Made by a program: the position numbers and the translations under genes. 60,844 nucleotides of DNA from Pseudomonadota bacterium (GTDB lineage Bacteria; Pseudomonadota; Alphaproteobacteria; Rhizobiales; Rhizobiaceae), in the NCBI GenBank assembly GCA_040755925.1, contig JBFLWR010000430.1:1-60844 (forward strand). Direction: 5' to 3'. Positions 28,342-38,503 of the stretch are shown here, one piece after another (the stretch's first letter is position 1; each line of letters starts with the position of its first letter). Under the pieces are notes generated by a model. That model was given only the letters and a program-made list of their open reading frames with translations. It was not told the DNA's origin and made no database searches.

Positions 28342-31331
28342 GCCCGCGCCGCATCGAAACCGGCGACCGGATCGACCGGCTGCGCACCATCCGCTTCACC
28401 TTCGACGGCGCGCCCTACACCGGCCATGCCGGCGACACGCTGGCTTCGGCGCTGCTCGCCAATGGCGTGACCCTGTTCGGTCGCTCCTTCAAATACCACC
28501 GCCCGCGCGGCCTGCTCGCCGCTGGCGTCGAGGAACCGAATGCGCTGGTGACGGTGCTGCGCGGCGAGGTACGCGAGCCCAACATTCCCGCCACCATGGT
28601 CGAGATCTATGACGGGCTCGTCGCCGTCAGCCAGAACCGCTCGCCATCGCTGGCCTGGGACATCAGCGCGATCAACCAGCTCGGCGGCAAGATCCTGTCG
28701 GCGGGCTTCTACTACAAGACCTTCATGGGGCCGGTGATCGGGCCGCTGAAGGGCACCCGCTTCTGGATGTTCTGCGAGCATTTCATCCGCCGCGCGGCCG
28801 GCCTCGGCAAGGCGGGCGTCGCCCCGGACACTTCACGCTACGAGCGCATGAACGCGTTTTGCGACGTGTTGGTGGTTGGGTCCGGACCGGCCGGGCTGAT
28901 GGCGGCCAAGGCGGCGGCTGAACAGGGCGCGCGCGTAATCCTTGCGGACCTCGATGCGCGTTTCGGCGGCTCCGCCAACTGGTCCGGCGAGGTCATCGAC
29001 GGTATCCCCGCCGCCGAATGGGCACAGCGCGCCGTCGCCCAGCTCGAAGGCAATGACAACGTCCGCCTGCTGCCACGCACGACCGTATGGGGCTATTATG
29101 ACGGCAACACGCTCGCCGCGCTGGAGCGGGTGACCGACCACAAGGAAGTCGCCGCCAAGGGCGAGCCGCGCCAGCGCTATTGGGCGATACGCGCCAAGAC
29201 CGTGGTCCTGGCTACCGGCTCCTTCGAACGGCCGCTGGTGTTTCCCGGCAACGACCGCCCTGGCGTCATGCTGGCGCATGCGGCCGAGCGCTACGCCAAT
29301 GAATTTGGCGTGCTGCCGGGGGAGCGCGTCGCGCTCTTCACCAACAATGACAGCGCCTATCGCTCAGCTGTCGCGTTGAAGAAGGCGGGCGCTGGCATAG
29401 TCGCTATCATGGACGTCCGTGGTGACGTGTCGAACGAAATGCGGCGGCTGGCGAGCGAGGCGGAGGCCGAGTTGCTCGCAGGCCATGCCGTGATCGCCAC
29501 CGAGGGCGGCAAGGCGCTCACCGGGCTCAAGGTGCAGCGCTTCGACATGATGAGCCGAGTGCTCAGCGGCGACGAGCGCAGCATCCATGCCGACTGCCTG
29601 CTGATGTCGGGAGGCTGGTCGCCAACCATCCATCTCGCCAGCCAGGCCGGCGCCAAGGCGGAATGGAACGCCGCCAGACAGGCCTTCCTGCCGCCGCAGC
29701 CGACGCAGCGCTGGATCGGTGCAGGCGCCTTCACCGGCAGCTTCTCGACCGCGGAAGCCATCGCCGAGGGCCGCGCCGCTGGCCTTTCGGCTGCGGGCGG
29801 AACAGCGGCACCAGTGGCCATGCCCGTTGTCGAGGCCGCCCCCGGAGACCCCGATCCAGCGCCGGTCTTCGAGATCAAGGGCAAAGGCAAGGCCTTCGTC
29901 GACTTCCAGCACGACGTCACCGCCGAGGACGTGCGGCTTGCGCACCGCGAAGGCTTCATCTCGGTCGAGCATCTGAAGCGCTACACGACGCTCGGCATGG
30001 CGACAGACCAGGGCAAGAACTCCAATGTGCCCGGCCTCGCCATCATGGCCGAGGCACTGGGCAAGCCGATCCCCGAGGTCGGCACCACGCGCTTCCGTCC
30101 GCCCTACACGGCGGTATCGATCGGCTCGCTTGCGGCCGAACGATTCGGCGACCTCAAGCCCGAACGGCTGACGCCGATGCATGACTGGCACGTCGGCAAT
30201 GGCGCGACGATGTATTCGGCCGGCCTATGGTACCGGCCGATGATCTACGGTCTCGCTGGCGAGACGGTCGAGCAGGCCTATGTTCGTGAAGCCAAGGCGA
30301 CGCGCGACAGCGCCGGCATCGTCGACGTCTCGACGCTGGGCAAGATCGCCGTGCAGGGACCAGACGCCGCCGAATTCCTCGACCGGGTCTACACCAACAT
30401 GTTTTCGAGCCTCGCTGTCGGCAAGGCCCGCTACGGTCTGATGCTGCGCGAGGACGGTCTCGCTTTCGACGACGGCACGACCTGGCGGCTCGGCGAGCAG
30501 GAATTCCTGATGACCACCACCACCGCCAATGCCGGCAAGGTGATGCAGCATCTGGAGTATTTCCTGGACGTCATCTGGCCCGAGTTGAAGGTCACCGTCA
30601 CTTCCGTGACCGACGAATGGGCAGGCGCCGCGATCGGTGGACCGAACGCCCGCGCGATCCTTGCCTCCTGCGTCACCGGCACCGCCGTCGACAACGCCAC
30701 CCTTCCCTTCATGGGCATCGTCCACGGCCAGATCGCCGGCATCCCGGTGATGATCTGCCGGCTATCCTTCTCCGGCGAAATGGCCTTCGAGGTCTATTCC
30801 GGCGCCGGCTACGGCACCCGCGTCTGGGAAGCGCTGATCGAGGCAGGCAAGCCCTTCAACCTTGTCACGTACGGGCTCGAGGCACTGGGCACCATGCGCA
30901 TCGAGAAGGGCCATGTCACCGGCGCGGAGATCGACGGCCGCACCACGGCGCGCGACCTGCATCTCGACTGGATGCTGTCGAAGAAGAAGCCCTTCATCGG
31001 CTCGGCCATGATGGACCGCGAGGGTCTGGTCGCCTCCGACCGGCTGCAGCTCGTCGGTCTCATCTCGCTCGACAACCGGCCGTTCAACGGCGGCGCTCAT
31101 ATCGTCGAGGAACTGGACGAGGCCAATCCACACGATTCGATCGGCCACATCACGGCCTGCTGCTATTCGCCGGCGCTCGGCAAGTACATCGCGCTGGCGC
31201 TGGTCAAGGGTGGCAAGGCGCGCCACGGCACGCGCGCCTTCGTCTCCGACCCGCTGCGCAACCGGTTCGGGCCGATCGAGATCGTCTCAAACCACTTCTA
31301 CGATCCGGACGGGAGCCGCATGCATGGCTGA
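28338..31331 (+). CDS. soxA: sarcosine oxidase subunit alpha
   Basis: GDTLASALLANG..GRSFKYHRPRG, EHLKRYTTLGMATDQGK, GcvT-like C-terminus; 997 aa. Confidence 0.96.
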   Translation: MSPRRIETGDRIDRLRTIRFTFDGAPYTGHAGDTLASALLANGVTLFGRSFKYHRPRGLLAAGVEEPNALVTVLRGEVREPNIPATMVEIYDGLVAVSQNRSPSLAWDISAINQLGGKILSAGFYYKTFMGPVIGPLKGTRFWMFCEHFIRRAAGLGKAGVAPDTSRYERMNAFCDVLVVGSGPAGLMAAKAAAEQGARVILADLDARFGGSANWSGEVIDGIPAAEWAQRAVAQLEGNDNVRLLPRTTVWGYYDGNTLAALERVTDHKEVAAKGEPRQRYWAIRAKTVVLATGSFERPLVFPGNDRPGVMLAHAAERYANEFGVLPGERVALFTNNDSAYRSAVALKKAGAGIVAIMDVRGDVSNEMRRLASEAEAELLAGHAVIATEGGKALTGLKVQRFDMMSRVLSGDERSIHADCLLMSGGWSPTIHLASQAGAKAEWNAARQAFLPPQPTQRWIGAGAFTGSFSTAEAIAEGRAAGLSAAGGTAAPVAMPVVEAAPGDPDPAPVFEIKGKGKAFVDFQHDVTAEDVRLAHREGFISVEHLKRYTTLGMATDQGKNSNVPGLAIMAEALGKPIPEVGTTRFRPPYTAVSIGSLAAERFGDLKPERLTPMHDWHVGNGATMYSAGLWYRPMIYGLAGETVEQAYVREAKATRDSAGIVDVSTLGKIAVQGPDAAEFLDRVYTNMFSSLAVGKARYGLMLREDGLAFDDGTTWRLGEQEFLMTTTTANAGKVMQHLEYFLDVIWPELKVTVTSVTDEWAGAAIGGPNARAILASCVTGTAVDNATLPFMGIVHGQIAGIPVMICRLSFSGEMAFEVYSGAGYGTRVWEALIEAGKPFNLVTYGLEALGTMRIEKGHVTGAEIDGRTTARDLHLDWMLSKKKPFIGSAMMDREGLVASDRLQLVGLISLDNRPFNGGAHIVEELDEANPHDSIGHITACCYSPALGKYIALALVKGGKARHGTRAFVSDPLRNRFGPIEIVSNHFYDPDGSRMHG

Positions 31332-31926
31332 GCGTCAATTGCCTGAACGCCTGTCGCCGCTTGAGCCGGAATACCATCCGGGCTCGCATGGCAATTTCGA
31401 ACACGGTGTCGACGTCATCCTGTCCGAAACACGGCCGGGCTCGATCCTGCAGCTCGCCGCATGGCCGGGCGAGGAGAAACGGCTGATGTCCGGCATCTAC
31501 AAGGTGACCGGCCTCGCCTTGCCGGATGCCGCCGGCGGTGGCGTCACCAATGGCGCCAAGTCGGCATTCGGCTTCGCGCCCGGAAAATTCACCGTGGTGG
31601 ACGAGACGGAAGGGCTGGCGTCCGCTTTCACAGGCGTCATCACGCCTTCGGTCGGTACGGTCACCGATCTCTCCCACGGCCGCACCGCGATCCGCGTCGC
31701 CGGACCGAAAGCCGAATGGGTCATGGCGAAGTTCTTCGCCATCGACTTCGCGTTGCCCGCCTTCCCGCTTGGCGCTGGCCGCTCGACCAATCATCACGAC
31801 GTCTTCGCCCAGATCCAGCGCACCGGCGCCGACCAGTTCGATATCTACGTCTTCCGCTCCTTCGCGCGTTCGTTCTGGAAGGCCTTGTGCCACGCCAGCG
31901 AGGAAGTGGGTTACGAGGTGCAGTAA
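31324..31926 (+). CDS. soxG: sarcosine oxidase subunit gamma
   Basis: overlaps the soxA stop; TDLSHGR and RSFA motifs; position after soxBDA. Confidence 0.9.
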   Translation: MAERQLPERLSPLEPEYHPGSHGNFEHGVDVILSETRPGSILQLAAWPGEEKRLMSGIYKVTGLALPDAAGGGVTNGAKSAFGFAPGKFTVVDETEGLASAFTGVITPSVGTVTDLSHGRTAIRVAGPKAEWVMAKFFAIDFALPAFPLGAGRSTNHHDVFAQIQRTGADQFDIYVFRSFARSFWKALCHASEEVGYEVQ

Positions 31927-32122
31927 GCCAATCCCGGGAAAGGGTCCGCGGTTTCCCTCCGCCTGAGCTATGAGCCAAAGCATTGGTCCAGCGCCCATCT
32001 GGCACTATCGACGGCCGCAACTGCTGCTTGAGCCTTGGGCCAGCAATGACGATAGATAGGAATCACGGGCGTTTTGCCGGGGCAGGCGCCCGTCCAGGCA
32101 ACCAGTTCGACCATATCCTTCC

Positions 32123-33565
32123 ATGACTTTAGAGACTTCGGCGACGGCCACGACCCGCTTTGCTCCAGCGGACGGCCCGTCGATGCTGTTGCCGGCCACG
32201 GTCGCCTGCGGCGTCTTCATGACCAGCCTCGACCAGAACGTCGTTGTCACCGCGCTTCCCGGCATCGGCGAGAGCCTGGATCGTCCGCCGAGTCAGCTCG
32301 GCCTCCTGATCACTGTCTATGTCGCCAGCCTCATCGTCACCATGCCGCTTGGCGGCTGGCTGGCCGACCGCTTCGGCCTGCGCAACGTCTACTGCTTCGC
32401 GCTGCTCGTCTTCGCAAGCGCCTCGGCGCTCTGCGGCCTGTCTGAAAACATCTGGATGCTGGTCGGCTCGCGCGCGCTGCAGGGCTTCGGTGGCGCCCTG
32501 ATGGGCACGTTGGGCCAGGTCGTGATCCTGTCGAGCTTCCCGCGCGACCGCACGCTCAAGATCAACATGTATATCTCGCTCGCCGGCCAATCCGGCCCGC
32601 TGGTTGGGCCGCTCGTCGGCGGCGCGCTCACAACCTATGTTTCGTGGCGCTGGATTTTCTACATCAACATCCCGATCGCGCTGACGGCGGCGCTGCTCGC
32701 GGCTTCGTTGTTTCCTTCCACGACCAAGCCAGTCCGCACGCCCTTCGACTTCCCGGGCTTCCTGCTTGTCGGCAGCGGCATGGGGCTGCTCGTCTTCGGC
32801 ATGGACTCGCTCGCCGCCAAGGATGCTGCGAGCAGCATCATCGCCATGGAGCTAGGGCTGGCGATCGCCATCCTTTGCGTCGCGGCCCTCTACTGCCTGC
32901 GCGCCCGCAATCCGCTGCTCGACCTCAAGCTGCTGCGCATCCGCACCTTCCGCATCAGCTTCCTCACCGGCGGTGGCCTCGACACGATCGGCCTGAGTTC
33001 GGTGGTCTTCCTGTTGCCGCTCATGTTCCAGCTGGGCTTCGGCATGAGCGCCGTGCAGGCCGGATCGCTGACTTTCGTGGCGGCGATCGGATCGTTGCTG
33101 ATGCGCTTCTTCATGCCGCGGATCCTAAACCGTTTCGGTTTCAAGCGGGTGCTGATCACCAACACGCCGATCGTCGCCCTGCTGGTCGCCGGCTTTGCCT
33201 TGATGCATGAAAGCATGCCGACCTGGATCGTGCTCGCCTATATCTTCGTGTTCGGCCTCTTTCGCTCCGTGCAATGGGCCTCGACGGGCAATCTGGCCTA
33301 CTCCGACATCGCGCCCGAGCAGCTTTCCCGGTTCAGCGCGCTTTACTACATCCTCTGGCAACTGGCGGTGGCCATCAGCGTCGGCCTGGCGGCCGCCCTG
33401 CTCTCGCTGCTCGCCGGCGGCGGGCGGGCCAGCATCAACGATTATCGCATTCTTTTCGTCGTCGAGGGCCTGATCACATTGTGCGCGCTATCGGCCTATC
33501 TCCGGCTTACGCCGCGCGACGGCGCCCATGTCAGCGGCCATGGCGCGCATATGAGCACCGAGTAG
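32123..33565 (+). CDS. MFS transporter, DHA2 (14-TM) drug-efflux type
   Basis: GWLADRFGLR motif A; RALQGFGGA; SWRWIFYINIP. Confidence 0.92.
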   Translation: MTLETSATATTRFAPADGPSMLLPATVACGVFMTSLDQNVVVTALPGIGESLDRPPSQLGLLITVYVASLIVTMPLGGWLADRFGLRNVYCFALLVFASASALCGLSENIWMLVGSRALQGFGGALMGTLGQVVILSSFPRDRTLKINMYISLAGQSGPLVGPLVGGALTTYVSWRWIFYINIPIALTAALLAASLFPSTTKPVRTPFDFPGFLLVGSGMGLLVFGMDSLAAKDAASSIIAMELGLAIAILCVAALYCLRARNPLLDLKLLRIRTFRISFLTGGGLDTIGLSSVVFLLPLMFQLGFGMSAVQAGSLTFVAAIGSLLMRFFMPRILNRFGFKRVLITNTPIVALLVAGFALMHESMPTWIVLAYIFVFGLFRSVQWASTGNLAYSDIAPEQLSRFSALYYILWQLAVAISVGLAAALLSLLAGGGRASINDYRILFVVEGLITLCALSAYLRLTPRDGAHVSGHGAHMSTE

Positions 33566-33603
33566 AGTTCCGGCTTCCGCAGTGTCGCCGAACGGCCCTT
33601 GCG

Positions 33604-34308
33604 TTACTCCGCGAACGTCACCCAGTCCCCGAGCGGCGCGCGGTCCGTGCGGAACTCGTTCTCGGGCTTCGAGGTATCTTCGTAGCCAAGCGCCATGCCG
33701 CACACGACGATCTCCTCATCGGGAATGCCGAGCACCGGCCGGATCTGCTTGTGATAGGGCGCGAAGGCCGCCTGCGGACATGTGTGCAGCCCCCTGCCCC
33801 GCGCCGCGACCATGATGTTCTGCAGGAACATGCCGTAGTCTATCCACGAACCCTGGTTGAGGCGCCGGTCGACCGTGAAGATCATGCCGACCGGCGCATC
33901 GAAGAAGATGAAGTTGCGGTCGTGCTGCGCCCGCATCTTGTCGACCTCGCGCCGACCGATGCCAAGCGCGCCATAGAGCCCGAAACCGTTTGCGCGGCGG
34001 CGGGTGAGATAGGGCTCGAAGAACTGGTCGGGATAGTAGCGGTACTCGTCCCACTCGGCCTTCTCGGCGCGAATGCCGGAATTGAGGATGGCGTCGCTGA
34101 TCCGTTGCTTGACGTCGCCCTTGGTAACATACACCCGCCAGGGCTGCATGTTGGTTCCCGACGGCGCACGCGCCGCGACCGCCAGGATGGCGCGGATCGT
34201 CTCGTCATCCACCATATCGGGCAGGAAGGCGCGCACCGACCGGCGTGACAGGATCGCCTCGTCGACGATCGCCGCATCGGAGGCGAATCGGCTATTCTTT
34301 TCCAGCAT
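33604..34308 (-). CDS. nitroreductase family protein
   Basis: SRRSVRAF, APSGTNMQPW, GLHTCPQ, GMALGY. Confidence 0.93.
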   Translation of the reverse strand: MLEKNSRFASDAAIVDEAILSRRSVRAFLPDMVDDETIRAILAVAARAPSGTNMQPWRVYVTKGDVKQRISDAILNSGIRAEKAEWDEYRYYPDQFFEPYLTRRRANGFGLYGALGIGRREVDKMRAQHDRNFIFFDAPVGMIFTVDRRLNQGSWIDYGMFLQNIMVAARGRGLHTCPQAAFAPYHKQIRPVLGIPDEEIVVCGMALGYEDTSKPENEFRTDRAPLGDWVTFAE

Positions 34309-34469
34309 GGGTCGTCCCTTCGCGCATGGCCGGAATCCGGACCGGTTCCCGCAACGACCATCCGCAAACTACAAAAAACCAAATGGTCTCCGACCGGACG
34401 TCCCCACTCGCCGTTCGTGGGCGAGCCTTTGCATCAACCGCAAAAATCAAGCAAGCAAATCTTGTGGCC

Positions 34470-34537
34470 CATGAAAATCCACTTGATTTTTTCACGAGCT
34501 TGCTATCTCATGAAATTTATTCACCTTTTTTCACGAG
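34470..34537. promoter_or_regulatory. two 29-bp direct-repeat operators CATGAAA-N10-TTTTTTCACGAG
   Basis: copies at 34470-34498 and 34509-34537, each an imperfect TGAAA/TTTCA palindrome, directly upstream of the XRE-cupin gene. Confidence 0.7.
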
Positions 34538-34543
34538 GGCCGA

Positions 34544-35131
34544 TTGGCCGCGAGCGCTGACAGACCGGAGCAGGATAATGCCGAGCGGCTGCTTGCCGGC
34601 GATATCCGCGCGCTGCGTAAGGCGCGCGGACTGACGCTGGCCGAGATCGCCCTCAAGCTCGGTCGGTCCGTCGGCTGGGTCAGTCAGGTCGAGCGCGGCC
34701 TGTCGGTCCCTTCCCTCGGTGATCTCAGGGCCTTCGCCGAACTCTTCGGCGTGTCGATCAGCCTGTTCTTCAGCCATGACGTGCCTGTCGAGCAGGAGCG
34801 TGGCGTCATCGTGCGCGCCGGCCGCCGCCGCGTGCTTGGCACAAGTGAATCGGGCCTGGTGGAGGAGCTTCTGTCACCCGACCTTGGCGGTAGCTTCGAG
34901 GTGGTACGCTCCGTCTTCGCGCCGGGCGCGGAGATGAAGACGGCGGCGCTTCGTCCAACCGAGGAAGCCGGGTACATCGCATCCGGACTGTTCGACATCG
35001 AGATAGCCGGTGTCTGGCACCGACTCGGCGAAGGCGACTCGTTCCGTTTCGAGGGCAAGCCGTACCGTTGGCGCAACCCTGGGACCGAGCCTGCGGTCGT
35101 CATCTGGGTGGTTTCGCCGCCGGTGTATTGA
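34544..35131 (+). CDS. XRE-family HTH regulator with cupin sensor domain (PuuR-like)
   Basis: IRALRKARGLTL...WVSQVERG HTH; cupin GDSFRF; TTG start. Confidence 0.9.
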   Translation: MAASADRPEQDNAERLLAGDIRALRKARGLTLAEIALKLGRSVGWVSQVERGLSVPSLGDLRAFAELFGVSISLFFSHDVPVEQERGVIVRAGRRRVLGTSESGLVEELLSPDLGGSFEVVRSVFAPGAEMKTAALRPTEEAGYIASGLFDIEIAGVWHRLGEGDSFRFEGKPYRWRNPGTEPAVVIWVVSPPVY

Positions 35132-35153
35132 TTTGGATTTTGGAGGAAAGAAC

Positions 35154-37607
35154 ATGGCCGGTTTGCCGACCACGGCACGCGTGGTGATCATCGGGGGCGG
35201 TGTCGTCGGCGCCTCGTCGCTCTACCACCTGTGCAAGGCAGGCTGGACAGACTGCGTGCTGCTGGAAAAGAACGAGCTGACCTCGGGCTCGACCTGGCAC
35301 GCCGCCGGCAATGTGCCGACCTTCTCCTCGTCCTGGTCGCTGATGAACATGCAGCGTTATTCGACCGAGCTCTATCGTGGGCTTGCCGATGCGGTCGACT
35401 ATCCGATGAACTACCATGTCACCGGCTCGCTCCGACTCGCTCATAGCGACGAGCGCATGCAGGAGTTCCAGCGCGCCAAGGGCATGGGCCGCTACCAGGG
35501 CATGGATATCGACGTCGTCGGCCTGGACGAGATCAAGCGCCGCTATCCCTTCATCGAGACGCATGAGTTGAAGGGCGCGCTCTACGATCCGAGCGATGGC
35601 GACATCGACCCGGCGCAGCTGACGCAGGCGCTGGCGAAGGGCGCGCGCGACATGGGCGCGAAAATCATCCGCTTTTGCCCCGTCACCGGCGTTCGCCGCG
35701 AGAATGACGAATGGGTGGTCACCACGCCGCAAGGCGAAATCCGCTGCGAGACCGTCGTCAACGCCGCCGGCTACCGTGCGGCCGAAGTCGGGAAAATGTT
35801 CGGCCGCCAAGTGCCGATGATGGTGATGAGCCACCAGTACATCCTGTTCGAGGAAATCCCCGAACTCGCCGCCTGGACGAAGGAACAAGGCAAAAAACTG
35901 CCGCTGCTGCGCGACGTCGACACGTCCTATTACCTGCGCCAGGAAAAGAGCGGCATGAATCTTGGCCCCTATGAGCGTAACTGCCGCGCGCATTGGGCAA
36001 CACACAACGATCCTATGCCTGAGGATTTCTCCTTCCAGCTCTTCCCCGACGACCTCGACCGTCTCGAGCATTATCTCGCCGACGCTGTCGCCCGGGTCCC
36101 GATCCTCGGCACGGCAGGCTTGTCCAAGGTGATCAACGGGCCGATCCCCTACGCGCCTGACGGCAATCCACTGATCGGGCCGATGCCCGGCGTGCCGAAC
36201 GCTTTCGAGGCCTGCGTGTTCACCTTTGGCATTGCCCAGGGCGGCGGCGCCGGCAAGGTGCTGGCCGAGTGGATCACCGAGGGTCAGACGGAATGGGACA
36301 TGTGGTCCTGCGACCCGCGCCGCTTCACCTCCTTTGCTTCCGCGCCGGACTATTGCGTGGCCAAGGGCATGGAGATCTATGGCAATGAATACGCTATCCA
36401 GTTCCCACGCCATGCCTGGCCGGAGGGGCGTAACCGCAAGCTCTCGCCACTGCACGATCGCATCAAGGCGCTGGGTGGCCAGTTCGACGCCTATAATGGC
36501 TGGGAGCGCGCCACTTGGTACGCGCAAAGCGGAGACGACACCTCGGAGGAATCGACGCTGACCTTCCGCCGCGACGGACCCTGGCAGCACCGGGTGCGCG
36601 AGGAATGCCTGGCCGTGCGCGATGCCGCCGGTATCCTCGACTTGCCCGGCTTCTCGCGTTTCAACCTCGAAGGACCGGGCGCGGCTGACTGGCTGGCGCT
36701 ACAAGTCACGGGCCTTGTGCCGAAGCCCGGCCGCATCGGCCTCGTCTATTTCTCCGACGACAAGGGCCGCATCGTCACCGAGATGTCGGTGGTGCGCCAC
36801 GGCGAGGACCAGATGACGCTGATCACGGCGGCGGTCGCGCAATGGCACGATTTCGAGTGGTTGAAGTCGCGCATGCCGGCGGATGCCGCCTTCACGCTGA
36901 CCGACCGCACGGAAGAGTACTCGACACAGATCCTCGCCGGGCCGAACTCACGCAAGATCCTGGCCGAGGTGTGCAACGCCGACCTCTCGCTCCCGTGGCT
37001 GACGCATCAGGAAACGACCATCGCCGGGCGCTGGGCGAAGCTGGTGCGCGTTTCCTTCGCCGGCGAGCTAGGCTGGGAGATCCACACCAAGGTCGCGGAC
37101 ACGGCTACCGTCTTCGACGCCGTCTGGGCCGCCGGCCAGAAACACGGGTTGAAACCGTTCGGCATGTACGCGCTGGATTCGCTGCGCCTCGACAAAGGCT
37201 ACCGCGCGTGGAAGGGCGACCTGTCGACCGACTATTCGATCCTGCAAGGCGGGCTGGAGCGCTTCATCAAGTGGGACAAGCCCGACTTCCGCGGTAAGGC
37301 AGCCTTGCTCAACGAGAAACAACAGGGCGTCAAGAAGCGTTTCGTCACGCTCGTCGTCGAAAATCCAGGCGATTGCGACGCGCCCTACATGTCGACGCTC
37401 TGGCATGACGGCAAGATCGTCGGCGAGACGACTTCGGGCGGCTGGGGCCACCGCGTCGGCAAGTCGATCGCGCTCGGCATGCTGCGCACGGATCTCTCGG
37501 AACCGGGCACGGCAGTCGAGGTCGAGATTTTTGGCGATCGCTTCAAAGCCGTCGTGCAAAACGACGAGCCGCTATGGGATCCGAAGAACGAGAGGCTGCG
37601 GGCATGA
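35154..37607 (+). CDS. FAD/GcvT oxidoreductase (dimethylglycine/sarcosine dehydrogenase family), paralog 2
   Basis: GGGVVG, TSGSTWHAAG, GWERA, RVSFAGELGWE; GGAGG RBS. Confidence 0.92.
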   Translation: MAGLPTTARVVIIGGGVVGASSLYHLCKAGWTDCVLLEKNELTSGSTWHAAGNVPTFSSSWSLMNMQRYSTELYRGLADAVDYPMNYHVTGSLRLAHSDERMQEFQRAKGMGRYQGMDIDVVGLDEIKRRYPFIETHELKGALYDPSDGDIDPAQLTQALAKGARDMGAKIIRFCPVTGVRRENDEWVVTTPQGEIRCETVVNAAGYRAAEVGKMFGRQVPMMVMSHQYILFEEIPELAAWTKEQGKKLPLLRDVDTSYYLRQEKSGMNLGPYERNCRAHWATHNDPMPEDFSFQLFPDDLDRLEHYLADAVARVPILGTAGLSKVINGPIPYAPDGNPLIGPMPGVPNAFEACVFTFGIAQGGGAGKVLAEWITEGQTEWDMWSCDPRRFTSFASAPDYCVAKGMEIYGNEYAIQFPRHAWPEGRNRKLSPLHDRIKALGGQFDAYNGWERATWYAQSGDDTSEESTLTFRRDGPWQHRVREECLAVRDAAGILDLPGFSRFNLEGPGAADWLALQVTGLVPKPGRIGLVYFSDDKGRIVTEMSVVRHGEDQMTLITAAVAQWHDFEWLKSRMPADAAFTLTDRTEEYSTQILAGPNSRKILAEVCNADLSLPWLTHQETTIAGRWAKLVRVSFAGELGWEIHTKVADTATVFDAVWAAGQKHGLKPFGMYALDSLRLDKGYRAWKGDLSTDYSILQGGLERFIKWDKPDFRGKAALLNEKQQGVKKRFVTLVVENPGDCDAPYMSTLWHDGKIVGETTSGGWGHRVGKSIALGMLRTDLSEPGTAVEVEIFGDRFKAVVQNDEPLWDPKNERLRA

Positions 37608-38503
37608 CCTCCGTCATCCTCACCGATGGCGGCATGGGCCAGGAGCTGGTCCGGCGCAGCAAGTCCGAGCCGACGCCATTGTGGTCGGCCAGGGTGCTGA
37701 TCGACGAGCCGGACCTGGTGCGCGATCTGCATGCGGAATTCATCCGGGCCGGTGCGCGTGTCATCACCATCAACACCTATTCGGCAACGCCGGAGCGCCT
37801 GGCGCGCGAGGGCGCTGAAGATCTGTTCAAGCCTTTGCAGAAGCGCGGTATCGAATTGGCCAGGCAGGCCCGCGATGAGGCCGGCGACGCCGCGATAGCC
37901 GGCTGCCTGTCGCCCCTCTTCGGCAGCTATGCGCCGGCGCTGACCATATCCTTCGAGGACACGCTCGATATCTATCGCCGCATCGTTGCCGAGCAGGCCG
38001 ATGGGGTCGACCTGTTCCTGTGTGAGACGATGGCTTCCGCCGAGGAGGCGCGCGCGGCGGTCACCGCGGCGTCCGAAAGCGGCAAGCCGGTGTGGGTGTC
38101 CTGGACTCTCGCCGACCACGGCGCGCCGCGCCTGCGCAGCGGCGAGACGATTGCCGATGCGGACGGCGCCCTTGGCGACCTGCAGGTGGCCGCCCGGCTG
38201 CTCAACTGCTGCCGGCCGGAGGCCATCGCCGCCGCATTGCCCGAGCTCATCGCTCTCGGCGGACCGGTGGGAGCCTATGCCAATGGCTTCACCTCGGTCG
38301 AGGCGCTAAAGCATGGCGGCACGGTCGACGTGCTGCACGCCCGCCACGATCTCGATCCGCAAGCCTATGCCGACCAGGCCATCCGCTGGGTCGAAGCAGG
38401 CGCCGGCATCGTCGGCGGCTGCTGCGAGGTTGGCCCCGCCCATATCGCCGCCCTGCGCGACAAGCTCACGCGGGCCGGCCACCAGATTTCGGGAGTCTCC
38501 TGA
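37604..38503 (+). CDS. homocysteine S-methyltransferase family protein
   Basis: TDGGMGQEL, HAEFIRAGA, NCC and GGCCE Zn ligands; ATGA overlap. Confidence 0.92.
   Translation: MTSVILTDGGMGQELVRRSKSEPTPLWSARVLIDEPDLVRDLHAEFIRAGARVITINTYSATPERLAREGAEDLFKPLQKRGIELARQARDEAGDAAIAGCLSPLFGSYAPALTISFEDTLDIYRRIVAEQADGVDLFLCETMASAEEARAAVTAASESGKPVWVSWTLADHGAPRLRSGETIADADGALGDLQVAARLLNCCRPEAIAAALPELIALGGPVGAYANGFTSVEALKHGGTVDVLHARHDLDPQAYADQAIRWVEAGAGIVGGCCEVGPAHIAALRDKLTRAGHQISGVS

Noticed and set aside
26725-31926. soxBDAG as a novel system
   Set aside because: Canonical heterotetrameric sarcosine oxidase in the usual order
38092-38502. Long N-terminal extension of the aminotransferase ORF (similarly 57715-58722 and 17559-19202 upstream part)
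   Set aside because: Open frames overlapping the upstream gene or intergenic DNA; internal ATGs with overlaps or RBS are the better starts
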